From the NCBI GenBank assembly GCA_025928655.1, contig JAICJC010000002.1:7531-71530 (forward strand): a stretch of DNA of 64,000 nt. The letters are read 5' to 3'. This stretch comes from Thermoleophilia bacterium. GTDB taxonomy: Bacteria > Actinomycetota > Thermoleophilia > Gaiellales > JAICJC01. This document shows, in pieces, positions 47,537-57,452 of the stretch. Made by a program: the position numbers and the translations under genes. The notes below the pieces were generated by a model that did no database searches, had not been told where the DNA came from, and saw only the letters and a list, made by a program, of their open reading frames with translations. Positions within the stretch are counted from its first letter, which is position 1. Each line of letters begins with the position of its first letter.

Positions 47537-49003
47537 ATGAGGCCCAGCCGGCGCAAGCGGGTTGCGATCGCGGCGGCCGTGCTGGTGGCGGCGGCGGCCG
47601 TGCTCGTGACGACCAGAATCGGCGACGGCGGCGGCGCGTCGGGGCGCGGGGTCACGATCGCGACGACCACGCGCACGAACATCATCGTGATCCTCACCGA
47701 CGACCAGCGCTGGGACACGCTGTGGTCGATGCCGAACGTCCAGCGCCTCCTGGTCCACCACGGGGTCACGTTCGCGAACTCGTTCGTCTCGAACCCGCTC
47801 TGCTGCCCCAGCCGGGCCACGATCCTGACCGGGAACTACTCCCACACGAACCGGGTCTACGACAACCATCCGCCGCACGGCGGCGCGCCCGTGTTCAAGG
47901 CCCACGGCGACGACCGCTCGACGATCGCCACCTGGCTGCACGCCGACGGCTACGCGACCGGGCTCTTCGGCAAGTACCTGAACTCCTACACGGGCGGCGT
48001 CCCGCCGGGCTGGGACCGGTGGGTCGCGTTCGACTACGAGCCGGACTACCACCCCTTCTACGTGTTCACGAACCTCCCCGGCCGGTGCCCGGGCCGGCCC
48101 GCCTGCCGGCTGAAGCACGAGGTGTCGTACTACTCGACCAAGTTCTTCGGGAACATGGCCCGCAGCTTCATCGACAAGGCGCCCGCCAGGAAGCCGGTGT
48201 TCGTCTACTACGCGCCGTACGCGCCGCACCTGCCGTCGTTCCCGCAGATCGCGTACGCGAACCGGTTCACCAACCTGAAGCCGTTCCATCCGCCGAGCTA
48301 CAACGAGAGCGACGTCTCCGACAAGCCGCCCTGGATCCGCAGCCAGCCGCGCTTCGACCAGGTCCAGGGTGCGCAGATCCTGGCCGCGCGGCAGGCCGAG
48401 TACCAGACGCTGATCACGGTCGACAACGAGGTCGGCGACATCGTCGACGCGCTGAAGGCGACCCACCGGCTCGCCCACAGCGTGATCCTGTTCGCCTCGG
48501 ACAACGGCGTCACCTGGGGCGAGCACCGGCTGCGCGTCGGGAGCAAGCAGCTGCCCTACGACGAGGCGATCCGGGTCCCGCTGGTCGTCCGCTACGAGCC
48601 CTACACCACGCGTCCGTTCACCGACCGCCACCTGGTCGTGAACACGGACTGGGCGCCGACGCTGGCGTCGATCGCCGGCGCCTCCCACCCCGCCGTCGAC
48701 GGCCGCAGCTTCCTGCCTCTCCTGAAGCGCCGGCAGCCGAGCCCGGCGTGGCCGACGCAGTTCCTGCTCGAGCACATGGACGGCAACCCGCCGTCGCTCG
48801 CGCCCGACTTCTGCGGGATCCGCAGCACCGGCTTCATGTATGCCCGCTACACCGGCGGGTTCGAGGAGCTCTACAACGTGAAGACGGATCCGTTCGAGCT
48901 GCGCAACATCGCGCGGGAGCCGTCGCAGGCGGCCGAGCTGGCGCACATGCGCCTGCTCACGAAGCGGGAGTGCAACCCGCCCCCGCCGGGCTACAAGCCG
49001 TGA
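47537..49003 (+). CDS. Secreted or anchored sulfatase
   Basis: ILTDDQ, CCPSR formylglycine motif, GKYLN, SDNG. Confidence 0.92.
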   Translation: MRPSRRKRVAIAAAVLVAAAAVLVTTRIGDGGGASGRGVTIATTTRTNIIVILTDDQRWDTLWSMPNVQRLLVHHGVTFANSFVSNPLCCPSRATILTGNYSHTNRVYDNHPPHGGAPVFKAHGDDRSTIATWLHADGYATGLFGKYLNSYTGGVPPGWDRWVAFDYEPDYHPFYVFTNLPGRCPGRPACRLKHEVSYYSTKFFGNMARSFIDKAPARKPVFVYYAPYAPHLPSFPQIAYANRFTNLKPFHPPSYNESDVSDKPPWIRSQPRFDQVQGAQILAARQAEYQTLITVDNEVGDIVDALKATHRLAHSVILFASDNGVTWGEHRLRVGSKQLPYDEAIRVPLVVRYEPYTTRPFTDRHLVVNTDWAPTLASIAGASHPAVDGRSFLPLLKRRQPSPAWPTQFLLEHMDGNPPSLAPDFCGIRSTGFMYARYTGGFEELYNVKTDPFELRNIAREPSQAAELAHMRLLTKRECNPPPPGYKP

Positions 49004-49025
49004 GGCCCTGCCTATACTCGCCGGC

Positions 49026-49568
49026 ATGCCCGGAGTCGCGTTCGTCGCCCACTGCCTGCTGAACCAGAACTCGAAGACCAGCGGCGGCGCCCGCTGCCCG
49101 GGCGTCTACTCCCCGCTCGTTGCGACGCTGCGCGAGCGCGGCTGGCGGATCCAGCAGATGCCCTGCCCCGAGCTTGCGTTCACCGGATTGAACCGCTTCT
49201 GGGCGGTGCGCGAGCAGCTCGACACCGCCGCCTACCGGCGTCACTGCCGGCGGCTCGCGAAGGGCGTTGCGGGCGCGATCGAGGTGCACGTGCGCGCGGG
49301 CGACGACGTCATCTTGGTCGGCCTCGAGGGCAGCCCGTCGATGGGGGTGCACGTGACGAGCTCGGACCCCGAGCGGGGCGGGCGGCCGGAGTGGCCGGAG
49401 GGCACCGACGAGCTCTCGCCAGGCAGCGGCATCTTCATCGAGGAGCTCGCGGCCGAGCTCGCGGAGCGGGGCGTGCCGATGCCGCGCGCCACCGGCATCA
49501 CGCACCAGCTCCCCGACCACGACGAGGCCCGCGAGCAGGCCGGGATCGTCTCGCTGACCGGGGCCTGA
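49026..49568 (+). CDS. TudS-related (DUF523/CD3072-like) putative desulfidase
   Basis: HCLLNQN, QMPCPE, GSPSMG, G.GIF.EEL. Confidence 0.75.
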   Translation: MPGVAFVAHCLLNQNSKTSGGARCPGVYSPLVATLRERGWRIQQMPCPELAFTGLNRFWAVREQLDTAAYRRHCRRLAKGVAGAIEVHVRAGDDVILVGLEGSPSMGVHVTSSDPERGGRPEWPEGTDELSPGSGIFIEELAAELAERGVPMPRATGITHQLPDHDEAREQAGIVSLTGA

Positions 49569-49569
49569 G

Positions 49570-49932
49570 GTGGACGCGGGCGACGAGCGGAGCTACCGGG
49601 TGGCGCTGATCGCCGAGGAGCTGGTGAACCCGGACGGGCGCGGGATCGACGGGCTCGCGGCGCTCGAGTCGGCCGGCTGGGGCGTGATCCAGCTGCCGTC
49701 CCGCGACTACCCGGACGGGGTGGCGGCGCCGCTGCTCGAGCTCGTGGCCGAGCAGACCGAGGAGTTCACCCGCCACGGCTACACGGTCGCCGTCATCGGC
49801 CGCCGCGCCGGCCTGGACGAGGCCCTGGCCGCCTACGGGGTCTCCGGGCTGCCGTCGATCGAGCCGCGCTCGACCGCCGCGCTCGCACGGTTCCTAGCCG
49901 CACAGAGCGGTCGTGGGGACTGTCCCCGCTGA
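49570..49932 (+). CDS. Hypothetical protein
   Basis: 120 aa, 1 nt downstream of the previous gene; stop lies within the REP element. Confidence 0.7.
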   Translation: MDAGDERSYRVALIAEELVNPDGRGIDGLAALESAGWGVIQLPSRDYPDGVAAPLLELVAEQTEEFTRHGYTVAVIGRRAGLDEALAAYGVSGLPSIEPRSTAALARFLAAQSGRGDCPR

Positions 49933-49947
49933 GCGGGGACAGTCCCC
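49915..49947. repeat. REP-like double palindrome, copy 3
   Basis: GGGGACTGTCCCC-GCTGAGC-GGGGACAGTCCCC between convergent genes. Confidence 0.85.
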
Positions 49948-49949
49948 GA

Positions 49950-50573
49950 TCAGCGGGACGGGTGCAGCAGCGGCACGGCCGCGTCGGCCCAGCCCGCCCG
50001 CAGCACCTCGACCAGCGACGGCGGGGTGATGACGGTCGCCGTGCCCTGCGCGGGGCGGGGGCGGCGGCCGGCGTAGCCGGACGGCGACCACAGCAGCAGC
50101 CGTTCGCCGAGCACCAGGTAGGGGTCGCCGTCGACGAGCACGAACACGGCGTCGGGGAGCGAGGCGTAGGGCGCCGTGTGGGGACGATGGCCGCGAGTGT
50201 GCGGGTCGACCCGCTCGCCGTGCAGGCGCAGGTCGATCGCGTCGGCGCCCGCCTCGCCGCCGTGCAGGCCGGCCCAGATCGCGCCGAAGCGGTCGTAGTC
50301 CTCCCGCCGGCACAGCGCGCACGGTCGGTGGCCGGCGGCGAAGGCCGTCGCCTCGTCCAGGAAGAAGAGCTCGGTGAACTTGCCCGGCTGCATCATGGGG
50401 CCGCGCTGCCAGCCCTTGAACTCGAGCCGGCACGCGATCCAGCGGCGCACGGCATAGCGGCGGCGGATGTGCCCGCCGGCGTCGTGCAGGCAGCCGCGGT
50501 TGCCGTAGACGAGCCCCCGCGCCGGTGCCGGGATCAGCTCCCCCAGGGGCGTGACCCGGTTGCGCAGGGGCAT
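49950..50573 (-). CDS. Conserved hypothetical protein (NRVTP..GNRG..GHRPC.LCR)
   Basis: TGATG coupling to pobA; TELFFLDEATA.AAGHRPCALCRR. Confidence 0.8.
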   Translation of the reverse strand: MPLRNRVTPLGELIPAPARGLVYGNRGCLHDAGGHIRRRYAVRRWIACRLEFKGWQRGPMMQPGKFTELFFLDEATAFAAGHRPCALCRREDYDRFGAIWAGLHGGEAGADAIDLRLHGERVDPHTRGHRPHTAPYASLPDAVFVLVDGDPYLVLGERLLLWSPSGYAGRRPRPAQGTATVITPPSLVEVLRAGWADAAVPLLHPSR

Positions 50574-51760
50574 CAGGCCCGCCGGCCCGCGATGCCGACG
50601 TAGTTCTCGGCCAGCGTCGTCGCGGCCGCGGGCGACGAGACGACGTAGCGCAGCTGGGCCAGCTGGAGCTCGACGTCGAACGGGTCTCCCCCCGGCAGCC
50701 GGTGCAGCATCGACGTCATCCACCACGAGAAGTGCTCCGCCCGCCAGACCCGGCGCAGGCAGGCCTCGGTGTAGCCGTCCAGGCCCGACCGGTCGCCGCG
50801 CTCGTACCAGGCGGCGACCGCCTCGCCGAGGAGCTCGACGTCGGCGATGGCGAGGTTCAGGCCCTTCGCGCCCGTGGGCGGGACGATGTGGGCGGCGTCG
50901 CCCGCCAGGTACAGGCTCCCGAACTGCATCGGCGCGGCGACGAAGCTGCGCATCCCGGTGACGCCCTTCTCCAGGATCGGCCCCTCGGCCAGCGTCCACC
51001 CCGGCAGCCCCAGGCGCGTCTGCAGCTCGGCCCAGATGCGCTCGTCCGGCCACTCGCCGATGTCCTCGTCGTGCGCGACCTGGACGTACAGGCGGCTGAG
51101 CGTCGGCGAGCGCAGGCTGAGCAGGGCGAAGCCGCGCTCGTGGTGGGCGTAGACGAGCTCCTCGCTCGAGGGGGCGACGTCAGCCAGGATGCCGAGCCAG
51201 CCGAACGGGTAGTCGCGCTCGCTGACCCGCAGCACGCCGGCCGGGATCGACGCCCGCGAGACCCCGTGGAACCCGTCGCAGCCGGCGACGATGTCGCAGC
51301 GCAGCTCCCGCTCGCGGCCGTCATGGCGGTAGGTGATGCGCGGCCGGTCGCCTTCGATGTCGTGGAGCGCGACGTCCTCGGCCTCGAAGAGCAGCGGGTC
51401 GCCGGCCTCGACCCGGAGCCGGATCAGGTCCTTCACCACCTCGGTCTGACCGTAGATCGTGATCGCGGCGCCGCCCGTCAGCTCCGAGAGCGGGATGCGG
51501 TGGCGGCCGCCGGCGAACTGGAGCGAGACGCCGTGGTGGACGATGCCCTCGCGCCCCAGGCGCTCCCCCGCGCCGACGGCGCGCAGCAGGTCGACCGCGC
51601 CCTGCTCGAGCACCCCCGCCCGGATGCGGTGCTCGCAGTGGTCGCGGCTGCGGCTCTCGAGGACGACCGATTCGATCCCGCGCGCCCCGAGCAGCCGGGC
51701 CAGCGTGAGCCCCGCCGGCCCGGCCCCGACGATGCCGACCTGGGTCGTCCCCGCGGTCAC
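50573..51760 (-). CDS. pobA: 4-hydroxybenzoate 3-monooxygenase
   Basis: [49 protein letters not shown]. Confidence 0.95.
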   Translation of the reverse strand: MTAGTTQVGIVGAGPAGLTLARLLGARGIESVVLESRSRDHCEHRIRAGVLEQGAVDLLRAVGAGERLGREGIVHHGVSLQFAGGRHRIPLSELTGGAAITIYGQTEVVKDLIRLRVEAGDPLLFEAEDVALHDIEGDRPRITYRHDGRERELRCDIVAGCDGFHGVSRASIPAGVLRVSERDYPFGWLGILADVAPSSEELVYAHHERGFALLSLRSPTLSRLYVQVAHDEDIGEWPDERIWAELQTRLGLPGWTLAEGPILEKGVTGMRSFVAAPMQFGSLYLAGDAAHIVPPTGAKGLNLAIADVELLGEAVAAWYERGDRSGLDGYTEACLRRVWRAEHFSWWMTSMLHRLPGGDPFDVELQLAQLRYVVSSPAAATTLAENYVGIAGRRA

Positions 51761-52932
51761 CCCGCCCTCTCGAACAGGGCCGCCTGGCCCTGTCCGACGC
51801 CCACGCACAGCGTGGCAAGGCCGTAGCGGCCGCCCCGGCGGCGCAGCTCGTGCAGGAGCGAGACGACCAGCCGCGCACCGCTCATGCCGAGCGGATGCCC
51901 CAGCGCGATCGCCCCGCCGTTCACGTTCACCCGGTCGGGGTCGAGCCCGAGCTCGCGCACCACCGCGACGCTCTGCGACGCGAACGCCTCGTTCAGCTCG
52001 ACGAGGTCGATGTCGGGGACGGCCACGCCGGTGCGCTCGAGCAGCTTGCGCACGGCGGGGATCGGGCCGATGCCCATCACCTGGGGGTCGACGCCGAACG
52101 ACGCGCTGCCCCGGAAGGTTCCCAGCGGCTCGGCGCCGAGGGCGGCGGCGCGCTCCTCGCTCGCGATCACGACGGCCGCGGCGCCGTCGTTCATGCCGCT
52201 CGAGTTGCCCGCGGTGACGCTGCCGCCGTCCCGGAACGCCGGCTTGAGCGCGGCCAGCCCGGCGATGGTCGTGTCGGGCCGCGGATGCTCGTCGCGGTCG
52301 ACGTCGCCGACGGCCACCAGCTCGTCCGCGAACCGGCCGGCCGCCTGGGCCGCCGCCCACCGCTCCTGCGAGCGCAGCGCGAAGGCGTCCTGGTCGGCGC
52401 GCGAGACCTCCCACCGCTCGGCCACGTTCTCGCCCGTCTCGCCCATGCTCTCGAGCGGGAACATCGCCTCGAGGCGCGGGTTGGGGTAGCGCCAGCCGAG
52501 GGTCGTGTCGTACACCGTGCGGTGGCCGCGCTCGAACGCGCGGGCCGGCTTCGGCATCGAAAGCGGCGCGCGCGTCATCGACTCGACGCCGCCGGCGACG
52601 GCAAGCTCGGCGTCGCCCGCGATGACGGCGTGGCAGGCCGAGACGACCGCCGAGAGCCCCGAGGCGCAGAGCCGGTTCAGGGTCACGCCCGGCACCGACT
52701 GCGGGAAGCCGGCGAGCAGGACGGCCATGCGGGCGACGTCGCGATTGTCCTCACCGGCCTGGTTCGCGCAGCCCAGGTAGACGTCGTCGACGTCGGCCGG
52801 GTCGACGCCCGCCCGCTCGACGGCCGCGCCGACCGCGACCGCCGCCAGGTCGTCGGGGCGCACGCCCGCGAGCGCGCCGCCGTAGCGGCCGATCGGCGTG
52901 CGCACGGCCGAGAGGATCACCGCCCGGCTCAT
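51757..52932 (-). CDS. pcaF: 3-oxoadipyl-CoA thiolase
   Basis: [41 protein letters not shown]. Confidence 0.9.
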   Translation of the reverse strand: MSRAVILSAVRTPIGRYGGALAGVRPDDLAAVAVGAAVERAGVDPADVDDVYLGCANQAGEDNRDVARMAVLLAGFPQSVPGVTLNRLCASGLSAVVSACHAVIAGDAELAVAGGVESMTRAPLSMPKPARAFERGHRTVYDTTLGWRYPNPRLEAMFPLESMGETGENVAERWEVSRADQDAFALRSQERWAAAQAAGRFADELVAVGDVDRDEHPRPDTTIAGLAALKPAFRDGGSVTAGNSSGMNDGAAAVVIASEERAAALGAEPLGTFRGSASFGVDPQVMGIGPIPAVRKLLERTGVAVPDIDLVELNEAFASQSVAVVRELGLDPDRVNVNGGAIALGHPLGMSGARLVVSLLHELRRRGGRYGLATLCVGVGQGQAALFERAG

Positions 52933-53306
52933 CCCTCCTCCTCCTGCTGCACCCGCTGGGCCACGGCGAAGGCCGAGTTGGCGGCGGGCACGCCGCAGTA
53001 GATCGCTGCCTGGAGCAGCACCTCCTTGATCTCGGCCCACGTCAGCCCGTTGCGGCGGGCGGCGCGCAGGTGCAGCGCCAGCTCGCGGTCGTGGCCGCCC
53101 GCGACGAGCGCCGTCAGGGTGATGCAGCTGCGCGTGCGCCGGTCGAGCCCCGGCCGCGCCCACACCTCGCCCCACGCGTAGCGCGTGATCAGCTCCTGGA
53201 AGTCGCTCGTGAGCGCCGGGGCGCCGGCCATGGCCGCGTCCACGTGCGCGTCTCCGAGCACCTCCCGGCGCACGCCCATGCCGCGCCCGTACGGGTCGTC
53301 CGTCAT
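52929..53306 (-). CDS. pcaC: 4-carboxymuconolactone decarboxylase
   Basis: [34 protein letters not shown]. Confidence 0.93.
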   Translation of the reverse strand: MTDDPYGRGMGVRREVLGDAHVDAAMAGAPALTSDFQELITRYAWGEVWARPGLDRRTRSCITLTALVAGGHDRELALHLRAARRNGLTWAEIKEVLLQAAIYCGVPAANSAFAVAQRVQQEEEG

Positions 53307-54616
53307 CCGCTCTCCCCTCCGTCGAGCATGCGGTCGACCAGCGCCGCCGCCGATTCCAGGCCCGCCGCCGGGTCGAGAGCGGCGTCGAGCTCCGCGGGCG
53401 TGAGCCCCAGTCCGTCCGACTCGGCCAGCGCCTGCCGGAACGTGACGCCCCCCTGCGAGCGCTCGGCCGCCGCCGTCACCAGCCTCCGGGCCTCGATCAG
53501 GCCGACGCGCCCGGCGGCGGCATAGGTGACCCGCTCGGCCATGACGAGGCCGCCGGTGAGGTCGAGGTTGCGGCGCATGCGGGCCGGGTCGACCTCGAGC
53601 CCCGCGAGCAGCTCACGGGCGCCCGCGGCCGCTCCCCCCGCGCCCTCCAGCGCGCCGGTGATCGCCGGCCACTCCGCCTGCCACGCGCCCGCGGCGCGCT
53701 CGTGCTCGTGCGGCTCGCCGGCCACGAGCGTGGCGGCGTGGCGGCGGGCCCCCGCGGCGCAGGCGAGCGTCCGGACGGAGACCGCCGGGTTGCGCTTGTG
53801 CGGCATCGTCGAGGAGGCGCCGCCGGCGCCCTCGCGCACCTCGGCCACCTCCGTCTGTGCGAGCAGGACCACGTCGCCCGAGATCTTTGCGCATGCCGCC
53901 GCCGCCGTGGCGAGAGCGGCGCCGAGCTCGATCAGGGCGCTGCGCTCGGTGTGCCAGGGCGCGAGCGGCTCGACCAGCTCGAGCTGGCGGGCATAGAGCC
54001 GGGCCACCTCCGGGCCGCCCGCCCCGAGCACCGCCAGGGAGCCCACGGCCCCGCCCAGCTGCGCCCGCAGCCGCCGCGCCGAGACCGCCTCGACGAGCGC
54101 TCCCGCCTCGCGCAGTCCCAGCAGCCATCCGGCCGCCTTCAGGCCGAACGTGGTCGGCGTGGCCTGCTGGAGCAGCGTGCGGCCGGCGATCGGCGTCGTG
54201 CGATGCGCCCGCGCCAGCGACGCGCATTCGCCGGCGGCCTCGCCGAGCCAGGCGCCGATCGGCCGCAGCGCCCGCTTCGCGACCAGCATCGCGGCGGTGT
54301 CGAGGATGTCCTGGCTGGTCGCGCCCCAGTGCGCGAACCCGGCCGCCTCGGCCCCGAGCCCCTCCCGCATCGCCCGCACGAGCGGCTCGGCCGGGTTCCC
54401 GGCCGCGCGGCCGGCGCGGGCCAGAGCGCCGGCGTCGTACAGCTTCGGGTCGCAGCGGCCGGCGATCGCCCCGGCGACGTGGGCGGGCACGACGCCGGCG
54501 CTCGCCTCGGCCCGCACGAGCGCCCGCTCGGCGTCGAGCATCGCGGCCAGCCAGGCGCGGTCGGACACGGCCGCCGCGATCTCGTCGGGCACGAAGAGGG
54601 GCGCGAACGTCGTCAC
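53303..54616 (-). CDS. pcaB: 3-carboxy-cis,cis-muconate cycloisomerase
   Basis: [38 protein letters not shown]. Confidence 0.92.
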   Translation of the reverse strand: MTTFAPLFVPDEIAAAVSDRAWLAAMLDAERALVRAEASAGVVPAHVAGAIAGRCDPKLYDAGALARAGRAAGNPAEPLVRAMREGLGAEAAGFAHWGATSQDILDTAAMLVAKRALRPIGAWLGEAAGECASLARAHRTTPIAGRTLLQQATPTTFGLKAAGWLLGLREAGALVEAVSARRLRAQLGGAVGSLAVLGAGGPEVARLYARQLELVEPLAPWHTERSALIELGAALATAAAACAKISGDVVLLAQTEVAEVREGAGGASSTMPHKRNPAVSVRTLACAAGARRHAATLVAGEPHEHERAAGAWQAEWPAITGALEGAGGAAAGARELLAGLEVDPARMRRNLDLTGGLVMAERVTYAAAGRVGLIEARRLVTAAAERSQGGVTFRQALAESDGLGLTPAELDAALDPAAGLESAAALVDRMLDGGESG

Positions 54617-55113
54617 AGGGCCAGGAACGTCGTCTGCTGCTCGCCCTGGAGGTGGATGTCGAAGCCGTAACAGCCGCCGGCCGAATCGGCGGTGAGCCCG
54701 GCCCGCTCGGCGCCGGTCAGGGCGCTCAGCAGCGGATCGGCCTCGTTCGCCGGCTCGCCCGGGAAGTACACCCGGGTCATGAGCGGCTTCAGCAGGCCGC
54801 GGGCGAAGACGAGCAGGGTCGCATACGGCGCGCCGTCGCCTCCCGGCCTGACGGTGACGAACTCGTAGCGGCCGTCGGCGTCGGTGCCGCACCGCCCCCA
54901 GCCGAAGCCGTTCCGGTGGCCGCCGTCCTCGTCGGCCTGCCAGATCTCCACCATCGCGTCCGGGACGGGATCGCCAGCGCCGTCGAGCACCCGCCCGCCC
55001 AGGCGGATCGCATCCGCCCGGCCCGGGTCGACCAGCTCGTCGCGCGGCCGCACGCAGAGCCCGAGCGCGAAGAACGGCCCCACGGTCTGGGAGGGGGTGG
55101 CCCCTGCCGCCAT
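54613..55113 (-). CDS. pcaG: Protocatechuate 3,4-dioxygenase alpha subunit
   Basis: TPSQTVGPFF, EIWQAD, FARGLL, TR.YF, FDIHLQG. Confidence 0.93.
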   Translation of the reverse strand: MAAGATPSQTVGPFFALGLCVRPRDELVDPGRADAIRLGGRVLDGAGDPVPDAMVEIWQADEDGGHRNGFGWGRCGTDADGRYEFVTVRPGGDGAPYATLLVFARGLLKPLMTRVYFPGEPANEADPLLSALTGAERAGLTADSAGGCYGFDIHLQGEQQTTFLAL

Positions 55114-55114
55114 C

Positions 55115-55828
55115 TCAGGCCTCGAGCGGGGTCGAGTTGCTCCCGCCCAGGACGATGTCGAAGCGGAAGCCGAGCGCCCACTCCGCGGTCGTGGTCTCCC
55201 AGTCGAGCCGCGAGATCAGCCGGTCGCGGGCGGCGGGGTCGCGGACCGAGTTGAAGATCGGGTCGGCGGGGAAGAGCGGATCGCCGGGGAAGTACATCTG
55301 GGTCACGAGCCGCTCGGTGAAGGCGCGGCCGAAGATCGACAGGTGGATGTGAGCGGGCCGCCAGGCGTTCTGGTGGTTGCGCCACGGGTAGGCGCCGGGC
55401 TTGATCGAGACGAACCGGTAGCGCCCGTCCGCGTCGGTGAGGACGCGCCCGGCGCCGGTGAAGTTGGGGTCGAGCGGGGCCGGGTGCCGGTCGCGTTCGT
55501 GGAGGTAGCGGCCGGCGGCGTTCGCCTGCCAGATCTCGATCAGCGAGCCCGGCACCGGCCGGCCGTCGCGGTCGCGCACCGTGCCGCTGACGATGATCCG
55601 CTCGCCCACCGGCTCGCCGTCGTGCTGGCGGGTGAGGTCGGCGTCGGACTCCGCCAGCCGGCCGTCGCCGTAGACGGGGCCGGTCGGGTCGTGCAGCTCC
55701 TCCGGCAGCAGGATCAGCGGCCGGTCGGGCGACCGCAGCCGGGTCGAGCGGTAGTCCGCGTGCAGGTAGGGCGGGTGCACGGCGCCGTAGGCCCCGTCGC
55801 GCACGCGCCCGACGGCGAGCGGGCTCAT
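55115..55828 (-). CDS. pcaH: Protocatechuate 3,4-dioxygenase beta subunit
   Basis: EIWQANAAGRY, PGAYPW.N, WRPAHIH, TQMYFPGDP. Confidence 0.95.
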   Translation of the reverse strand: MSPLAVGRVRDGAYGAVHPPYLHADYRSTRLRSPDRPLILLPEELHDPTGPVYGDGRLAESDADLTRQHDGEPVGERIIVSGTVRDRDGRPVPGSLIEIWQANAAGRYLHERDRHPAPLDPNFTGAGRVLTDADGRYRFVSIKPGAYPWRNHQNAWRPAHIHLSIFGRAFTERLVTQMYFPGDPLFPADPIFNSVRDPAARDRLISRLDWETTTAEWALGFRFDIVLGGSNSTPLEA

Positions 55829-56589
55829 CCCGCCCGCTCCCGCTCGTCGGCGGTGCGCAGCGCCCGCAGCGCCTTCAGCTCGCGGCCGGTCGGCCGGGCG
55901 CTCTCCTCCAGGTCGTCCCGCACCGCGAGCGGCCAGCCCGTCGCCGCGACCGCCTGCTCGACGCCGACGCCGGGATGGACGCGGGCCAGCGTGAGCTCCA
56001 GCGTCTCGGGGTCGGGCTCGAGCTCGCCCAGGTCGGTGATGACGGCGGTGATGCCGCGCCCGCGCAGCCCCAGCCGCTCACGCGACCCGGGGCCGTCCCC
56101 GAAGCCGACCGACGTGCGGAAGTCGAGCCGCTCGACGAACGTGCGCGGCGACTGCTTCAGGATCACGAGCGTCTGCTTGCACGACGCCGCGATCTCGGGC
56201 GCGCCGCCTCCGCCCGGCAGACGCACCCTGGGGTGGTCGTAATCGCCGATGACCGTGCTGTTCAGGTTGCCGTGGCGGTCGGTCTGGGCGGCGCCGAGGA
56301 AGCCGACGTCGATGCGCCCCGCCTGCAGCCAGTAGGCGAAGATCTCGGGCACGCCGACCACCGCGTCGGCCGTCTCGGCCAGCTCGCCGTCGCCGATCGA
56401 GAGCGGCAGGTTGAGGGGCTTGGCCCCGATCGTGCCGCTCTCGTAGATGAGCACGCACCGGGGCGCATGCGTCGCCCGGGCCAGGTTCGCGGCCTTGCTG
56501 GGCAGCCCGATGCCGACGAAGCAGACGTCGCCGTCGTGCAGGCGGCGGGCGGCCGCGACCGCCATCATCTCCTCGCTCGTGTGGCTCAC
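55825..56589 (-). CDS. pcaJ: 3-oxoadipate CoA-transferase beta subunit
   Basis: FVGIGLP, IYESG, GFLGAAQ, RLPGGGGAPEIA. Confidence 0.88.
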   Translation of the reverse strand: MSHTSEEMMAVAAARRLHDGDVCFVGIGLPSKAANLARATHAPRCVLIYESGTIGAKPLNLPLSIGDGELAETADAVVGVPEIFAYWLQAGRIDVGFLGAAQTDRHGNLNSTVIGDYDHPRVRLPGGGGAPEIAASCKQTLVILKQSPRTFVERLDFRTSVGFGDGPGSRERLGLRGRGITAVITDLGELEPDPETLELTLARVHPGVGVEQAVAATGWPLAVRDDLEESARPTGRELKALRALRTADERERAG

Positions 56590-57395
56590 CGGGCCGCCTC
56601 CAGCACGTGCTCGCGGATCCATTCACCAAACGCCTCGCGGTCGCGGCTGATGGCGTCCCAGCGCACGTAGAAGCCGTTGTCGCGCTCGTAGTAGCCGTGG
56701 ACGTAGGACGGGTGGGCGCCGCCCGGGGCAGCGGCGACGGCCGTGAGGGCCCAGCCCGGCAGGATGACCGCACCGGGCACCGGCTCGAGCTCGTCGACGA
56801 TCTCCTCCACCGTGACCAGCGACCGGGCCGAGGCCAGAACCGCCTCCTTCTGCACGCCGCTGATCCCCCACAGCTGCACGTTCCCCTCCCGGTCGGCGCG
56901 CTGCGCGTGCACGATGCCGACGTCGGGCCGCAGCGCCCGCACCGCCGCCAGCCGCTCGCCCGTGAACGGGCACTCGATCCAGCGCACCATCGTGTGGGCG
57001 GGCAGGTCGGTGCCGGCGTACCCGCGCAGCACGCCGAACGGCAGGTCGGCCGCGCCGGCCGCGTAGGCGGCCGCCATCCCGGCGTGGGAGTGCTCCTCGA
57101 GCTCGAGCGGCTCGGGCCAGCCGTGCTCGACCGCCTCGCGCAGCCGGTGCAGCGACCCGACCCCGGGGTTGCCGCCCCACGAGAACACGAGCCTGGCCGC
57201 GCAGCCGGCGCCGATCAGCTGGTCGTAGATCACGTCGGGCGTGAGCCGGATCAGCGTCAGCCCGCGCCGCCGCTGACGGATGATCTCGTGGCCGGCGGCG
57301 TGCGGGATCAGGTGGGTGAAGCCCTCGAGGGCGACCGTGTCGCCGTCCGAGACGAGCTCGGCGATCCCCTCCTCCAGCGTGACGATCCGGGCCAT
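56586..57395 (-). CDS. pcaI: 3-oxoadipate CoA-transferase alpha subunit
   Basis: EGFTHLIP, FSWGGNPGVGSL, EEHSH, GAHPS. Confidence 0.88.
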   Translation of the reverse strand: MARIVTLEEGIAELVSDGDTVALEGFTHLIPHAAGHEIIRQRRRGLTLIRLTPDVIYDQLIGAGCAARLVFSWGGNPGVGSLHRLREAVEHGWPEPLELEEHSHAGMAAAYAAGAADLPFGVLRGYAGTDLPAHTMVRWIECPFTGERLAAVRALRPDVGIVHAQRADREGNVQLWGISGVQKEAVLASARSLVTVEEIVDELEPVPGAVILPGWALTAVAAAPGGAHPSYVHGYYERDNGFYVRWDAISRDREAFGEWIREHVLEAAR

Positions 57396-57452
57396 CAGAT
57401 GGCCAACTCTGAGGCGGCCAGGCGCGCGTGAGATCCGGGGCACACCATCTTC

